NCBI GenBank assembly: GCA_963977445.1
Contig: CAXBPH010000075.1
Coordinates: 1 to 27,630, forward strand
DNA: 27,630 nucleotides
From: an uncultured bacterium
GTDB lineage: Bacteria; Hydrogenedentota; Hydrogenedentia; Hydrogenedentales; JAEUWI01
Reading direction: 5' to 3'
Within the stretch, counting starts at the first letter, position 1. Each line of letters starts with the position of its first letter. Positions 15,586 through 25,143 of this stretch are shown in pieces. A program made the position numbers and the translations under genes. The notes below the pieces were generated by a model that saw nothing but the letters and a program-made list of their open reading frames with translations, was not told the origin of the DNA and ran no database searches.

Positions 15586-18500
15586 CTAGTGCAGAGACTG
15601 GAGAAAGGCTATCAGGTCCGCCATATCCTGGTAGTTCAACGCGGCCTCCCAGCCGTCGGGCATCATGGATATGGTCGTGCTTTCCAGCGCAAAAATATCG
15701 CTGCGAAGAATCTTTCGCAATTTGGCTCCTGGAAGTTTCATGATGATGCTGGTAGCGTTTTCCGACACGATCAAGCCAAAAAGTTGCTCGCCATCTTCCA
15801 ATTCACAGTTGTAGGCATGGTAGCCCGGCTGGATATCGATATTGGGATCCAGGATGTTGGCGAGTATTTTTTCTTTGGGATGTTGGGCCACCGTCCGCAG
15901 ATCCGGTCCGATTTCAAAACCTGTATCGCCGACCTTGTGGCAGGTTGCGCACGCCTCAACATATTTGACCTGTCCGCGGGCCACATCACCCGCGAGCGTC
16001 AGGGCGGGCTTGTAGGCCGCGATGACCTCGGCCCGTTCGGGGTTCGCATCCGATGCGAGTTGGGCGACCGCCAGAGTACGAAGGGCCTCATCGGATAAAT
16101 TCAGCAGCCGGGTTCGCCGCACGGGGCTCAAGTCCGTGGGACGTATGCTGCGCTTGCCGATGGCTTCCAACAGGGCCCGTGTCCACGTGCTGCGGGAAAG
16201 CAATACGTCGGCCGCCTGTTCCCGTGCGTCTGGTGTGAAGGTCGCCCACGCGTCAATGATAAATGAAGGGACCCGGTCATCGGAGGTCCGGGCAAGCGTA
16301 ACAAGGGCTTGCCGAAGGTCGTCAGGTGGCGTCTGGGTGGAAAGGAGGCCTGCCAACCAGGTGACGGCGGATTCTTCGAGAGCGGGATTGCCCGCCAGTA
16401 GGGTAGCTGCCGCCAGACGCACTTCCCTTACAACCTCTTCGTTGGCAATCGCGTACTTCGCGACATTCTGAAGGTGTATGGCGATAGCCTGTAGTTCCAG
16501 GGCAGGCTCCGACGCAGTACCTTCGGCCAACGCAGCAATCGACGTATCTCGTCGCTTGAGAAAATCCATGGCATCGGCGCACGCGTCTGCCCGTACCTGA
16601 GTCAATTGCTCGGAGGCTTTCTCGAAGGCGGGTAGGATCAAGGTGGCTACGGATTCTTTATTGCCCTCGCTCAGGGCCATATCGGCGAGGGTGAGTCGGA
16701 GCGGGGGGATGGCGGGGTCGTCGCGGGTAACCAGTTCTGCAATGAGGTTTTCCTGATGAGGCAAGGCGGAACTGAGGGCGGCGGCGGTAATGAAGGGGTC
16801 ATCGTGATCGCGCAGGAGGAGGTCGGCCAGCGTTTTGCCCAATTCTTTCGTCGGCGTAAAGGCACCGAGGGTGAAGGCCAATTGCTGGCGAACCTTGGCC
16901 TCGGGGTCCTCGGTCAGGCGCAGGGCTGCGGCGACGACCTCTTCTGTGCCATGTGTCTCGGCCAGTCGCAACGCATTCTCACGAACGCCGGGATTGGGAT
17001 CTGCCAATGCCCGCGCCACCAGGTCGGGGGAGAGGCTTCCCAGCCCGTCGAGGGTGCACAAGGCATGGAGGCGTCCCTGGGCGAGCTCACCGTGCGCCGC
17101 CAACGCCTCAAGGGCAGGCGTAACGTCCCGGGCATCGCGCCAAAGTAAAAGTTGCTGTGCCTTATCACGAATCCACCCGTTGGAAGCACCCAACTGGGCA
17201 ACCAGCGCTTCATTACCCATGGACTCCAAATTCGGGGTGGGATGCAGGGTGGCACCCGCAGGCCGTACCCGATAGATGCGGCCACGGTCATCGCCTTCGC
17301 GGTAGAAGGGAAGGAGTTCCGCCTTGCCTTCTTCGGGCAGCCACTGGGGATGCTCAATCATGTAGCGGTACATGTCGGCAATCCACAAGCCGCCATCGGG
17401 ACCCGTCCGGACCATTACCGGACGACACCAGCGGTCGGTACTGGCAAAGAAATCCGGTCCTTCCGGCGGGCCACTGCGCGTTCCCGAAAAGGTGACCCCG
17501 TCGGGAACCAGATTGATGCGCTGCACCAGATTGTGGAAGGGCTCACAGGTGAAGCCATTCATGGAGTCGTCGGAAAACAGGAGCGTATCTCGATAGATCA
17601 TGCCGCTGCATGCCGAGGTGAATCGTCCTGAGGCTTTGAAATCATGAAACCGTTTTTGTAGTGCGCTCGCCGGAAATACCGGGGGGCCTACTTCACCCAA
17701 TACCTGTATCTGCCCATCGGGAGCCGCCAGGAAAGGGTTGCGACTCAGGTAGTGGTCGGGCAGGGTATAATGCCACAGGGGGCGAGCATTCTGGGTGCCA
17801 AACCAATGGCCCCAGTCGTCGCGGTTCCGACCAAACTGGGTAGGGCCGCTCTGTGGCTCGACCACACCCGTGTCGGGATTGAAACGAAAATCCCGACTGC
17901 CGATAACCGTTTCGGTGCCGGCCCGGGTGGAATGTAGGCGGGTATCAATGGCGTACTTGCCGTGGTGGCCCCCGGCGGCGACATAGACCCAGTTGTCCAG
18001 TCCCCATCGAAGCCCATTGGCCCGGAGCTGTTGGTTACCTTCACTTAACCCAGTCAGGAGGACTTCCTGCACATCAGCACGGCCGTTTCCGGTCGTGTCC
18101 TCCAGATAGAGAATGTCGGGCGCGGCAGTGACAATCACACCATTGCGCCACGTCAGGATGCCCGTGGGGAAATTCAACCCCTCGGCGAATATCTGGCCCT
18201 GTTCATAGGTGCCATTCTGGTCCGTGTCGGTCAGCATGCGCACCCGACCACCGCTTGCACCGTTGCCATCGAGACCCAGGGGGTAATCCGCCATTTCAAC
18301 GACCCAGAGTCGACCGGAGGTATCCCAATCGAAGGCAACGGGGTCGAGGAGGTCGGGCTCCGAGGCAACCAGGTCGACGGTATAGCCCGCGGGAACCTGA
18401 ATCGCCGCGAGCCCGTCGTTGGTTGATAAGGGCGGTGCGGAAAGCTTCGCTGGCTCCATCGGTGGTTCTACCGTAGCCGTGCCCACCGGCTGTCCCGACG

Positions 18501-21336
18501 CCCCATGGATAGCGAGGGCCTCCTCGGGGGAGAGGGCGCGGTCAAAGAGGGCGAACTCAGCCAGGTAACCCGCCAGTGGGGCAAAGTTATCGCTTCGGGC
18601 TCCCAGAAAAAAATCGGGACTGTCGGTCACCGTCGTTTCGATGTCGCCGTCGATTTCAGGGGTTGCTACGCCATTGAGCCAGACGCGTAGGTGATTTCCT
18701 TCACGGACGAGGAGAACATGGTTCCAGGTGTTCGGGGGTATAGCCGTTGTGCCCACGAGCACCTCATTTTTGGCGTCGCCATTAAAGAGTATTAGACGGC
18801 CGGGAAAGTCATTGCGGAAGTTGCCACCAATGCCAAAGTGATCCCCCGAAGCGGCGGTACCTGCTGCTGTGCCGATAGAAAAGAGATAGCCCGTCACTGG
18901 GCGGGAATGTGTGTTGATGGTGTTCTTAAACCACAGGGAAACACTGTAGTCCTGGACGGCGTTATCCAGGGTACCGTGAATCCGCCCGGAAGCGAAGGCG
19001 GCATAGCGTCCTGGTGCCAGCTGTGTTCCTCCCTCGACAATGAGCGATGGGTCATGTTTGTCGAGGGCAGCCTGTCGGGCGGGGCGGAGTTCAGCGATTG
19101 ATTTTTCAAGGCTCGGCGGAAACTGGGGTGCTTTTGCCCGTGCGATAGCATCCTTTTCAGCCCCATCCCGTGCTGCTTGTTCTTCTGCCCGCTTGCCGGC
19201 AATCCCCGAGTGCTGCCAGAGCGACGCTACCGACTCGGGAGTGATGGGCTGGGCGAATACCGAGATTTCGTCGAGTTTACCTTCCAGTGTATCGCCAAAG
19301 ACGAGTGCCGCTGCCGTCGTGGTTTTATTTCGGTCTGCCGTACACGCCGCTGCGGTGTCACCGTCGATGCTTAGCGCTACGGTCTCGGATCCCACGTTTA
19401 ACACCGCGAAATGCCAATCTCCGGCACTGAGTTTGGTGGGCCCGGTAACCTGTTGTGCTGAGGTGACCAGTGAAATTTCGGTTGGTCCCGATGGGGCCAT
19501 GGCATAGTGGATTTTTTCGCCCGTTGGGAGCGTCAGTAAATCGCCCTGTCGCGCACTGACGCCGCTGACTTCGCCAAACCAGAACCAGAAGGTGATTGCG
19601 AAGGGGCCGGTGGGTACGTTGAGATTGGTCGTCATCTTGCCATCGGCGACGAAGTGGACGGCCCGATTAATGTCGTTGGGGCCGCCAAAATTGGACGAGG
19701 TCAGGGCTTCCCCGACACCGCTTCCGGTGCCACTGCCCACGCCGGGGAGAAAGAGGGCCGCCCCACCCGACAAGGTTGCGGTGATGTCCGCTCCCGTCGC
19801 GCTGTGGAGCGTTCGGCCGGCGATTTCATTCATACGCCAGTGGGCAAGGGGCTCGAAGGCCATAACCGCATTAAGATAGGGGCCGTCCGTATCTGTAATG
19901 GCCTTGCGCGGTGTTTCACTCACCTTTTCCAAGGCACCAAGCAAGGTTTCAACGATCGTGGGCTCCGCCTGGACCTCCAGCCCTGCGGTGCGGGCAGGCC
20001 AGGTCGTGTAGCCACCCAGTTCATGTTGTTCGGGCGGTGGGATGTAGCCCACGGACCCGTTCGCCAGTTCGATGTTGAAATGGGTGCCAAGAGGGGCCTG
20101 GAGTTTCAGTTTCAGGCCGGTGATTGCATAGACCTCATCGGGTAGCGTGGCCATGGTGAGATCACCAACCCGTATGGCCTGCAATTTGAGTTCCGTTTCT
20201 TGTCGCTCGTGGAGGATGAGGGCCTCGGCCGCGTAAATATCCGATTGGCTTTTGGGGATCTCATCGCCCAGGGCCTCCAGTCGGGCCTTGGCCCAGGCGA
20301 GGCGCTCCTCATTGGGAACGCGGTACTTCAGCGTGAGTGACGCTTCCGTCATGGCCAACGGCACGGTATCCTGCCATACAATGCTATCGTAGGCCGCCAT
20401 CGCCCGGGTGGCGACTTCGTCGGCATACATTTCGAAATTGCCGTCCTTTTTCGGGGAGCCGTAGTCCATCCACATGAGGTCGCCACTGGTACCTTGCGAC
20501 ATCATGGCGACGAAGGGGCCCTCACTGGAGGTCTGTCCGAGACGGATGCCCATGGCACGGGCAAAGGCACCATAGTAGTCGGCCGAAAGGAGGGGTGAGC
20601 CGTAGTAATGCTGGGAGTAGTTGGCAAGCAGGGCGATGGGGGTGCCATCGGGTGTGCGGGCCGCGAGGATACTCAGTCCGGGGTCCACGGGCCCGGACGG
20701 GCCAATGACGTCGACGCTCTCATAGCCCGGATGCATATGGGCGCGCACGGTCAGGTCGCCAAAGGGATCGGCGAAGATTTTGTCCGCCCTGCGAATCCAG
20801 CGGCGGTTGTGGGTGTGTGCCCAGTCGTCGACGGAAGCCCAGCCAACCTGTGCGGGCTGTAAGTGTTCTACGGCACCCACCAGCGCTTCGGCGATTTTGC
20901 CGGGGAGCCAGGCGGCATAGGCGGGGTCCTGTCGGCTTCCCAGGCAACCCATGGCAGAGGGGGCGCTGTGGGTGTGGGTGGCTGATACCATCATACAACT
21001 GGTGGGGATACCCGTGGCCGCAGATGCCGTAGACTTAGCGTCGTCAATGAGGTATTGCTCCATCATGCAGGTATCCACTATGCAGAGGACAAGACGCGTG
21101 GTGCCGTCGTCGAGCGCCATGGCTCGGGCGTGGAGGGTATCCACGGCGGCGTCCGCGCTGCGCTCATTGAACATACCGTTGACCCGCACCGGGTAGTGCT
21201 CTGGCGTTATATCGACTGCCGCGGCTCCGGCACGTAGCCCGGCCTGGGCGGTTGCTGGCAACATGCCCACGAGGATCAGGAGAAGAAGGGGGGAGATGGA
21301 CTTGCCGAATAGTAGACTCGAACGAAATGCCTGCAT
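15586..21336 (-). CDS. Large secreted fusion: neutral/alkaline ceramidase-like hydrolase + two LamG-like domains + PVC-type heme-binding dehydrogenase (beta-propeller, HEAT repeats, cytochrome c)
   Basis: Ceramidase-like: LRAGAAAVDITP, LHARAMAL, SATHTHSAP, ELANGSVGYIP..GGY. LamG-like: W.MNE..G, GDWHFAVL, GKLDEISVF, WNHVLLV, LAEFALFDRALS. PVC propeller: VASEPDLLDPVAFDWD..GRLWVVEMADYP, WCRPVMVRTGPDGGLWIADMYR. HEAT repeats and CATCH..GPDL follow. Start placed at 21336 (GAGGA RBS); the ORF is open to 21402. Confidence 0.88.
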   Translation of the reverse strand: MQAFRSSLLFGKSISPLLLLILVGMLPATAQAGLRAGAAAVDITPEHYPVRVNGMFNERSADAAVDTLHARAMALDDGTTRLVLCIVDTCMMEQYLIDDAKSTASAATGIPTSCMMVSATHTHSAPSAMGCLGSRQDPAYAAWLPGKIAEALVGAVEHLQPAQVGWASVDDWAHTHNRRWIRRADKIFADPFGDLTVRAHMHPGYESVDVIGPSGPVDPGLSILAARTPDGTPIALLANYSQHYYGSPLLSADYYGAFARAMGIRLGQTSSEGPFVAMMSQGTSGDLMWMDYGSPKKDGNFEMYADEVATRAMAAYDSIVWQDTVPLAMTEASLTLKYRVPNEERLAWAKARLEALGDEIPKSQSDIYAAEALILHERQETELKLQAIRVGDLTMATLPDEVYAITGLKLKLQAPLGTHFNIELANGSVGYIPPPEQHELGGYTTWPARTAGLEVQAEPTIVETLLGALEKVSETPRKAITDTDGPYLNAVMAFEPLAHWRMNEIAGRTLHSATGADITATLSGGAALFLPGVGSGTGSGVGEALTSSNFGGPNDINRAVHFVADGKMTTNLNVPTGPFAITFWFWFGEVSGVSARQGDLLTLPTGEKIHYAMAPSGPTEISLVTSAQQVTGPTKLSAGDWHFAVLNVGSETVALSIDGDTAAACTADRNKTTTAAALVFGDTLEGKLDEISVFAQPITPESVASLWQHSGIAGKRAEEQAARDGAEKDAIARAKAPQFPPSLEKSIAELRPARQAALDKHDPSLIVEGGTQLAPGRYAAFASGRIHGTLDNAVQDYSVSLWFKNTINTHSRPVTGYLFSIGTAAGTAASGDHFGIGGNFRNDFPGRLILFNGDAKNEVLVGTTAIPPNTWNHVLLVREGNHLRVWLNGVATPEIDGDIETTVTDSPDFFLGARSDNFAPLAGYLAEFALFDRALSPEEALAIHGASGQPVGTATVEPPMEPAKLSAPPLSTNDGLAAIQVPAGYTVDLVASEPDLLDPVAFDWDTSGRLWVVEMADYPLGLDGNGASGGRVRMLTDTDQNGTYEQGQIFAEGLNFPTGILTWRNGVIVTAAPDILYLEDTTGNGRADVQEVLLTGLSEGNQQLRANGLRWGLDNWVYVAAGGHHGKYAIDTRLHSTRAGTETVIGSRDFRFNPDTGVVEPQSGPTQFGRNRDDWGHWFGTQNARPLWHYTLPDHYLSRNPFLAAPDGQIQVLGEVGPPVFPASALQKRFHDFKASGRFTSACSGMIYRDTLLFSDDSMNGFTCEPFHNLVQRINLVPDGVTFSGTRSGPPEGPDFFASTDRWCRPVMVRTGPDGGLWIADMYRYMIEHPQWLPEEGKAELLPFYREGDDRGRIYRVRPAGATLHPTPNLESMGNEALVAQLGASNGWIRDKAQQLLLWRDARDVTPALEALAAHGELAQGRLHALCTLDGLGSLSPDLVARALADPNPGVRENALRLAETHGTEEVVAAALRLTEDPEAKVRQQLAFTLGAFTPTKELGKTLADLLLRDHDDPFITAAALSSALPHQENLIAELVTRDDPAIPPLRLTLADMALSEGNKESVATLILPAFEKASEQLTQVRADACADAMDFLKRRDTSIAALAEGTASEPALELQAIAIHLQNVAKYAIANEEVVREVRLAAATLLAGNPALEESAVTWLAGLLSTQTPPDDLRQALVTLARTSDDRVPSFIIDAWATFTPDAREQAADVLLSRSTWTRALLEAIGKRSIRPTDLSPVRRTRLLNLSDEALRTLAVAQLASDANPERAEVIAAYKPALTLAGDVARGQVKYVEACATCHKVGDTGFEIGPDLRTVAQHPKEKILANILDPNIDIQPGYHAYNCELEDGEQLFGLIVSENATSIIMKLPGAKLRKILRSDIFALESTTISMMPDGWEAALNYQDMADLIAFLQSLH

Positions 21337-21554
21337 GTGCTGATTCCTCAAAATGCGTTCGCGCCAGCCGCGAAGGAAGAAATACGAGTCTAGAGGATTC
21401 ATCCGTGGTGGTCAACACGCAAGGTAGGGCCCGTTTTCTTCGTGCCGAGGGGCCTGCACGGGATAGTAGCCCTTTCCACACGTTATAGATTACACAAGCC
21501 GGAAGGGGATTCATGCTAGGATGAATGAATGACCGACTGAAAGGAGGTACTGGA

Positions 21555-22451
21555 ATGAACATTCTTGTCAGTGGAGCGACCGGACTGGTCGGACAGGCCC
21601 TGTGTAAAACGCTTAAACCCGAGGGGCATACCGTGCGGGGAATGGTACGTCACGCAACACCCTTTTCTCCCGATGCGGTCTATTGGGATCCATCCAAAGG
21701 GATTCTTTCGCCCGCCGATCTCGAAGGTCTGGATGCCGTAGTTCATTTGGCAGGCGAGCCCATCGCGGCAGGCCGATGGACCGAGGCCCGAAAGCAACGT
21801 ATCCTGGACAGTCGTGTGAATGGCACCCGTTTACTCTGTGAACGACTGGCAGGGTGCAAAAGCCCACCTTCCGTTCTGATTGCTGCCTCGGCCATGGGCT
21901 TCTATGGCAGTCGGGGCGACGAAGTGCTCACGGAAGACAGCGCAGTCGGGGAAGGTTTTCTCGCGGAGGTTTGCCAAGCCTGGGAGGAGGCGACGAAGCC
22001 CGCATCCGACGCAGGAATTCGTGTGGTGAATCTGCGCATTGGACTCGTACTCAGCCGGGAAGGCGGTGCCCTCGGAAAAATGCTCCCCGCTTTCAAGCTT
22101 GGTCTGGGCGGCACCTTGGGCGGTGGACTACCCTGGATGAGTTGGATTCATTTGAATGATTTGGTCAGTGCCATCGTGCATAGCCTGAGCACAGAGAGCC
22201 TTGCCGGGCCTGTCAATGGGGTTTCGCCGGAACCCGTAACCAATCGCACCTTCACCAAAACGCTCGGTCGCGTGCTGGGGCGCCCTACCTTCTTACCCGT
22301 GCCCACGCCCGTGTTGCGCATGGCGCTGGGAGAAATGGCGGACGAATTACTCCTCTCCAGCATGCGAATCATGCCAGAGCGTCTTCAGTCATCGGGATTT
22401 ACGTTTCAGTTCGACAATCTGGAATCGGCCTTGCGTGACGTGTTGAGCTAG
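21555..22451 (+). CDS. TIGR01777/YfcH-like NAD-dependent epimerase family protein
   Basis: AAGGAGG RBS before ATG 21555. Motifs ILVSGATGLVG, VVHLAGEPI..RWTE..K..I.DSR, ASAMGFYG, GFLAEVCQAWE, LRIGLVL and MSWIHLND. Confidence 0.93.
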   Translation: MNILVSGATGLVGQALCKTLKPEGHTVRGMVRHATPFSPDAVYWDPSKGILSPADLEGLDAVVHLAGEPIAAGRWTEARKQRILDSRVNGTRLLCERLAGCKSPPSVLIAASAMGFYGSRGDEVLTEDSAVGEGFLAEVCQAWEEATKPASDAGIRVVNLRIGLVLSREGGALGKMLPAFKLGLGGTLGGGLPWMSWIHLNDLVSAIVHSLSTESLAGPVNGVSPEPVTNRTFTKTLGRVLGRPTFLPVPTPVLRMALGEMADELLLSSMRIMPERLQSSGFTFQFDNLESALRDVLS

Positions 22452-22473
22452 TCTTGCGCACCTGTTTTTTGTT

Positions 22474-24294
22474 TCAGCCACCGGAATACACCGCGTCTAC
22501 CAGCCCGCGCTGGACGTCGACACCATTTACCCGTTTGAGTGGTATGAGTTGCCCCTTGGGATTAAATTCCTCCCAGGCGGCCATTTCTTCACGATGCCCT
22601 ATTCGGCGAAGCCAATTCCAGGAGTCTACCCGGTTCTGGACCGCATCCATATCCCAATAGGCAAAACTATTTACCCCGTTTTTGTAGGCCTCGGTTACAG
22701 ATTGGGGGCTCATAGCCAGCTCACCGCGATATCCGGTATAGAGCACGAATTCACAATCATGTTCCTTGCCCAGGGCGATGTATTCCGGGTCGATGCCTTC
22801 CTGGCATATGACGCTGTCCAGCCACCCTTCCTTGATCCAGTGGGCCACATCGAGCCCTTCGGCCATAGGGGTGCCGCCAAGCCAGACGCCCCGTTCACTG
22901 GGCCACACCCAGACGGAAAGATTGAGTGGGCGGCCGCGCTCTTGGGCGATTTCTTCGGTGAGCCCATGGACCTTTGCCAGATAACGATTCATGAGCTCCG
23001 CGCGCACGGCGTATAGTCGTGGGTCGTCCGGGGCCACTTCGCGGGCATCCGTATTGTATCGGGATTGAAACAGCTCCAGTACGGGGGCCTCATACTGGAG
23101 GGCATGGGGGCCGCGAACGAAGCATAGATTGATGCCATCCGCGTCTACCTGACCGAGTGCTTCTCGCATGAGGGCGATGGTGAAGTCCTGGGTTTCGTCA
23201 AAGGCATAACTGGCCTTGTCCAACACCGTGCCGTCGGCAAGGACCTGACGGCAGTGGGGGTATTGCTTAAAAAAGCCTTCACCACTGAGATCGAGAAAGC
23301 CCAGGTCGCCCAGGATACCCAGTCGAAACATGAGGTCAAATTCCATTCCCATTTGATGAGCGTGTTCCGCTGCTATTTTTTGAGGGACCGCTCCAGCCTC
23401 CGCAAAATCTCGCAGGGCACGGTGGGCCTGTTGTTCTCCCCGTATGTAGTCGTTGGGGCCCCAGTTTTCTGCGTGGGCGGAGCGACTGTGCTCGCCCAGA
23501 AACAGGGCACCGGGTACCTGGGTGGGGAAATTGGTCCGATCGCCATAGTTGGCCGCCCACAACACCTTGGCCACATCGGAGTGACGATAGGGCTCTATAA
23601 GATCCAACACATCCTCGGGGTTGGTGTACTCACCGAAGTGGAAGTAACTCACCCCGTCGATGGTGGAAACGAGATTGCGGGTCTTCGTCTGTGTGCGATC
23701 GGCAACCACCCGCGCGACCGATTCACTGTCCAGAGGCTCCAGTTTCACATAGGCGATGGCACAACCCCGCCCAAGAATCCCATTCATCTTGGCAAAGACC
23801 AGATCCCGGTCCGTCAGGTCGGCGACGTCATAGAAGAGTTCCCGCAGATAGGTTCCTTTCTGGGAATCGTTGCTGGCGGGGAGATCAATCCGCCTGTAAG
23901 CCCCATCACCACTTAATTTGACGCGGAGCGACGTGAGGCCATCGTAGGCGAATGTTGGCTGCCAGATGCCCAGCCAGATGCGGTGCCAGCCTGGGGCGTC
24001 TACGGGAAGCGTGACTGCCGGGGCGTCGGTGATGGAGGCGGCATATAATAGGGTTCCTTGAATCTCCTCCGATTCATAGGGAATGAGACGCCACGTGCCC
24101 TGGGCGGCGGGGCCCTTGGTCAGCGCCGAAGCGGGGAGGCAGGTGGAGAAATCAGTGAGGTAGCGGGGGGCCATGTCGGGGGCTGCGTATCCCCAACCGC
24201 AGCTAAGGACGCCGAGGAGAAGCAGTGTTGCGAGGGGGATGGAACGCAAGGGGCTGCTGATTCGGTGGCAGTCCGCCAGATCAAGATACTTCAT
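22474..24294 (-). CDS. Secreted hypothetical protein, probable glycoside hydrolase-like TIM barrel (GHL10-like)
   Basis: Signal-like N-terminus and a beta-rich N-domain, then 'AEHAHQMGMEF..MFR', 'SYAFDETQDF', 'DADGINLCFVRGP' and 'GLDVAHWIKEGWLD', which resemble GHL10-like barrels. Start placed at 24294; the ORF is open to 24366. Confidence 0.6.
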   Translation of the reverse strand: MKYLDLADCHRISSPLRSIPLATLLLLGVLSCGWGYAAPDMAPRYLTDFSTCLPASALTKGPAAQGTWRLIPYESEEIQGTLLYAASITDAPAVTLPVDAPGWHRIWLGIWQPTFAYDGLTSLRVKLSGDGAYRRIDLPASNDSQKGTYLRELFYDVADLTDRDLVFAKMNGILGRGCAIAYVKLEPLDSESVARVVADRTQTKTRNLVSTIDGVSYFHFGEYTNPEDVLDLIEPYRHSDVAKVLWAANYGDRTNFPTQVPGALFLGEHSRSAHAENWGPNDYIRGEQQAHRALRDFAEAGAVPQKIAAEHAHQMGMEFDLMFRLGILGDLGFLDLSGEGFFKQYPHCRQVLADGTVLDKASYAFDETQDFTIALMREALGQVDADGINLCFVRGPHALQYEAPVLELFQSRYNTDAREVAPDDPRLYAVRAELMNRYLAKVHGLTEEIAQERGRPLNLSVWVWPSERGVWLGGTPMAEGLDVAHWIKEGWLDSVICQEGIDPEYIALGKEHDCEFVLYTGYRGELAMSPQSVTEAYKNGVNSFAYWDMDAVQNRVDSWNWLRRIGHREEMAAWEEFNPKGQLIPLKRVNGVDVQRGLVDAVYSGG

Positions 24295-24495
24295 AGCTAT
24301 AAACCTTTCGAGAGGAAAGCACCACGTGAACGGGTGGGGTGGGTGTGCTGGAATGGGACAGTTCAAGGAACAATATCAGCATTCCCGGCATTGGTCAACT
24401 TCACAAAGAAGCACCGAAGAATGATGATTTGTTATGATGGCGATTCAAACGATTGCAGCGTGGGCGACACAAGGCCGTAGCGACGAGGACAAGCA

Positions 24496-24744
24496 TTGCT
24501 AACCATAGGTATTAAAGAATTCCTGGTCATCGCGGGGATCGTCGCATTTATGATTTGGATTCGCATGTTTCGGGAGTCTATGGAAAAAACGACCTCGACC
24601 TTCATGCTGAAACTAAAAGGGCCCAAAAGCGGCGGGGGCGGCTTTGGCTGGCGGGGGCTGTTGTTGGCGTTTGTCGTGGGAATCGCCGCTTGCGCAGGAC
24701 TTATCCTCTTAATCCTGCGTCTCTGGCAGTTCTATAGCAACTAG
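24496..24744 (+). CDS. Small two-TM membrane protein, hypothetical
   Basis: GAGGA RBS before TTG; 82 aa with two hydrophobic helices separated by a basic/Gly-rich linker. Confidence 0.6.
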   Translation: MLTIGIKEFLVIAGIVAFMIWIRMFRESMEKTTSTFMLKLKGPKSGGGGFGWRGLLLAFVVGIAACAGLILLILRLWQFYSN

Positions 24745-24850
24745 CCACCATTTTGTAGAGTTATTTCCAAAATGGAACGTAAAACTTACCTTTCGGTAGT
24801 TTTGTGCTTGGACGCAATATTGTCGATTGCCGCCAGATTGACTTACCGAT

Positions 24851-24885
24851 CGGCAAAGGTTTGTCACGGCGGCAAACTATTGACA
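24851..24885. promoter_or_regulatory. Putative enhancer (UAS) for a sigma54 activator: two pseudo-palindromic boxes
   Basis: CGGCAAAGGTTTGTCA (24851-24866) and CGGCAAACTATTGACA (24870-24885) are 12/16 identical with 19-bp spacing, about 115-150 nt upstream of the predicted sigma54 start site. Confidence 0.5.
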
Positions 24886-24971
24886 CGCTCGCTGCACAAC
24901 ATTTTTACGCTCCGATCTCGTAAAACCTTTAGCTCTAACTGTTTGTGAGTGATATCACCCATTGCTCAGTT

Positions 24972-24988
24972 TTGGCCTCCTTTTTGCT
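24972..24988 (+). promoter_or_regulatory. Sigma54 (-24/-12) promoter
   Basis: TTGGCCTCCTTTTTGCT has GG (24974-75), exactly 10 nt, then GC (24986-87), matching TTGGC-N-TTGCW. Predicted +1 is near 24999. Confidence 0.7.
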
Positions 24989-24998
24989 CTATATGTTT

Positions 24999-25143
24999 AC
25001 ATGGGTAAGCGAAAGCAGCCCGCAATGTCAGGCTAAACATTTAATTATGTTGACGCTGCCACCAAGCCCGGGTTACGGTTGAGCATCCTGTCGATGCAAG
25101 GTCGGTAACCAACATTGTGGGTCGCTTTCTTTACCCCTTTTTT
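24999..25143 (+). ncRNA. Candidate structured small RNA (~145 nt), family not recognised
   Basis: 5' arm 25003-25028 pairs with 3' arm 25112-25136 (24 pairs including 3 G-U, 1 bulge, 1 mismatch). An internal hairpin spans 25071-25110 and a U6 tract lies at 25138-25143. The fold begins right after the sigma54 box. Confidence 0.65.

Noticed and set aside
25001..25036. 11-aa ORF MGKRKQPAMSG at the start of the candidate RNA
   Set aside because: No RBS and it is buried in the closing stem; a leaderless peptide cannot be excluded but has no support.
24999..25143. Identification as 6S RNA, SRP RNA, c-di-GMP riboswitch or retron msr-msd
   Set aside because: No two-sided central bubble, no SRP GGAA-loop helix, and no GGCAAA/GACGCAAA GEMM core. 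Long terminal inverted repeats fit a retron, but no reverse transcriptase is nearby.
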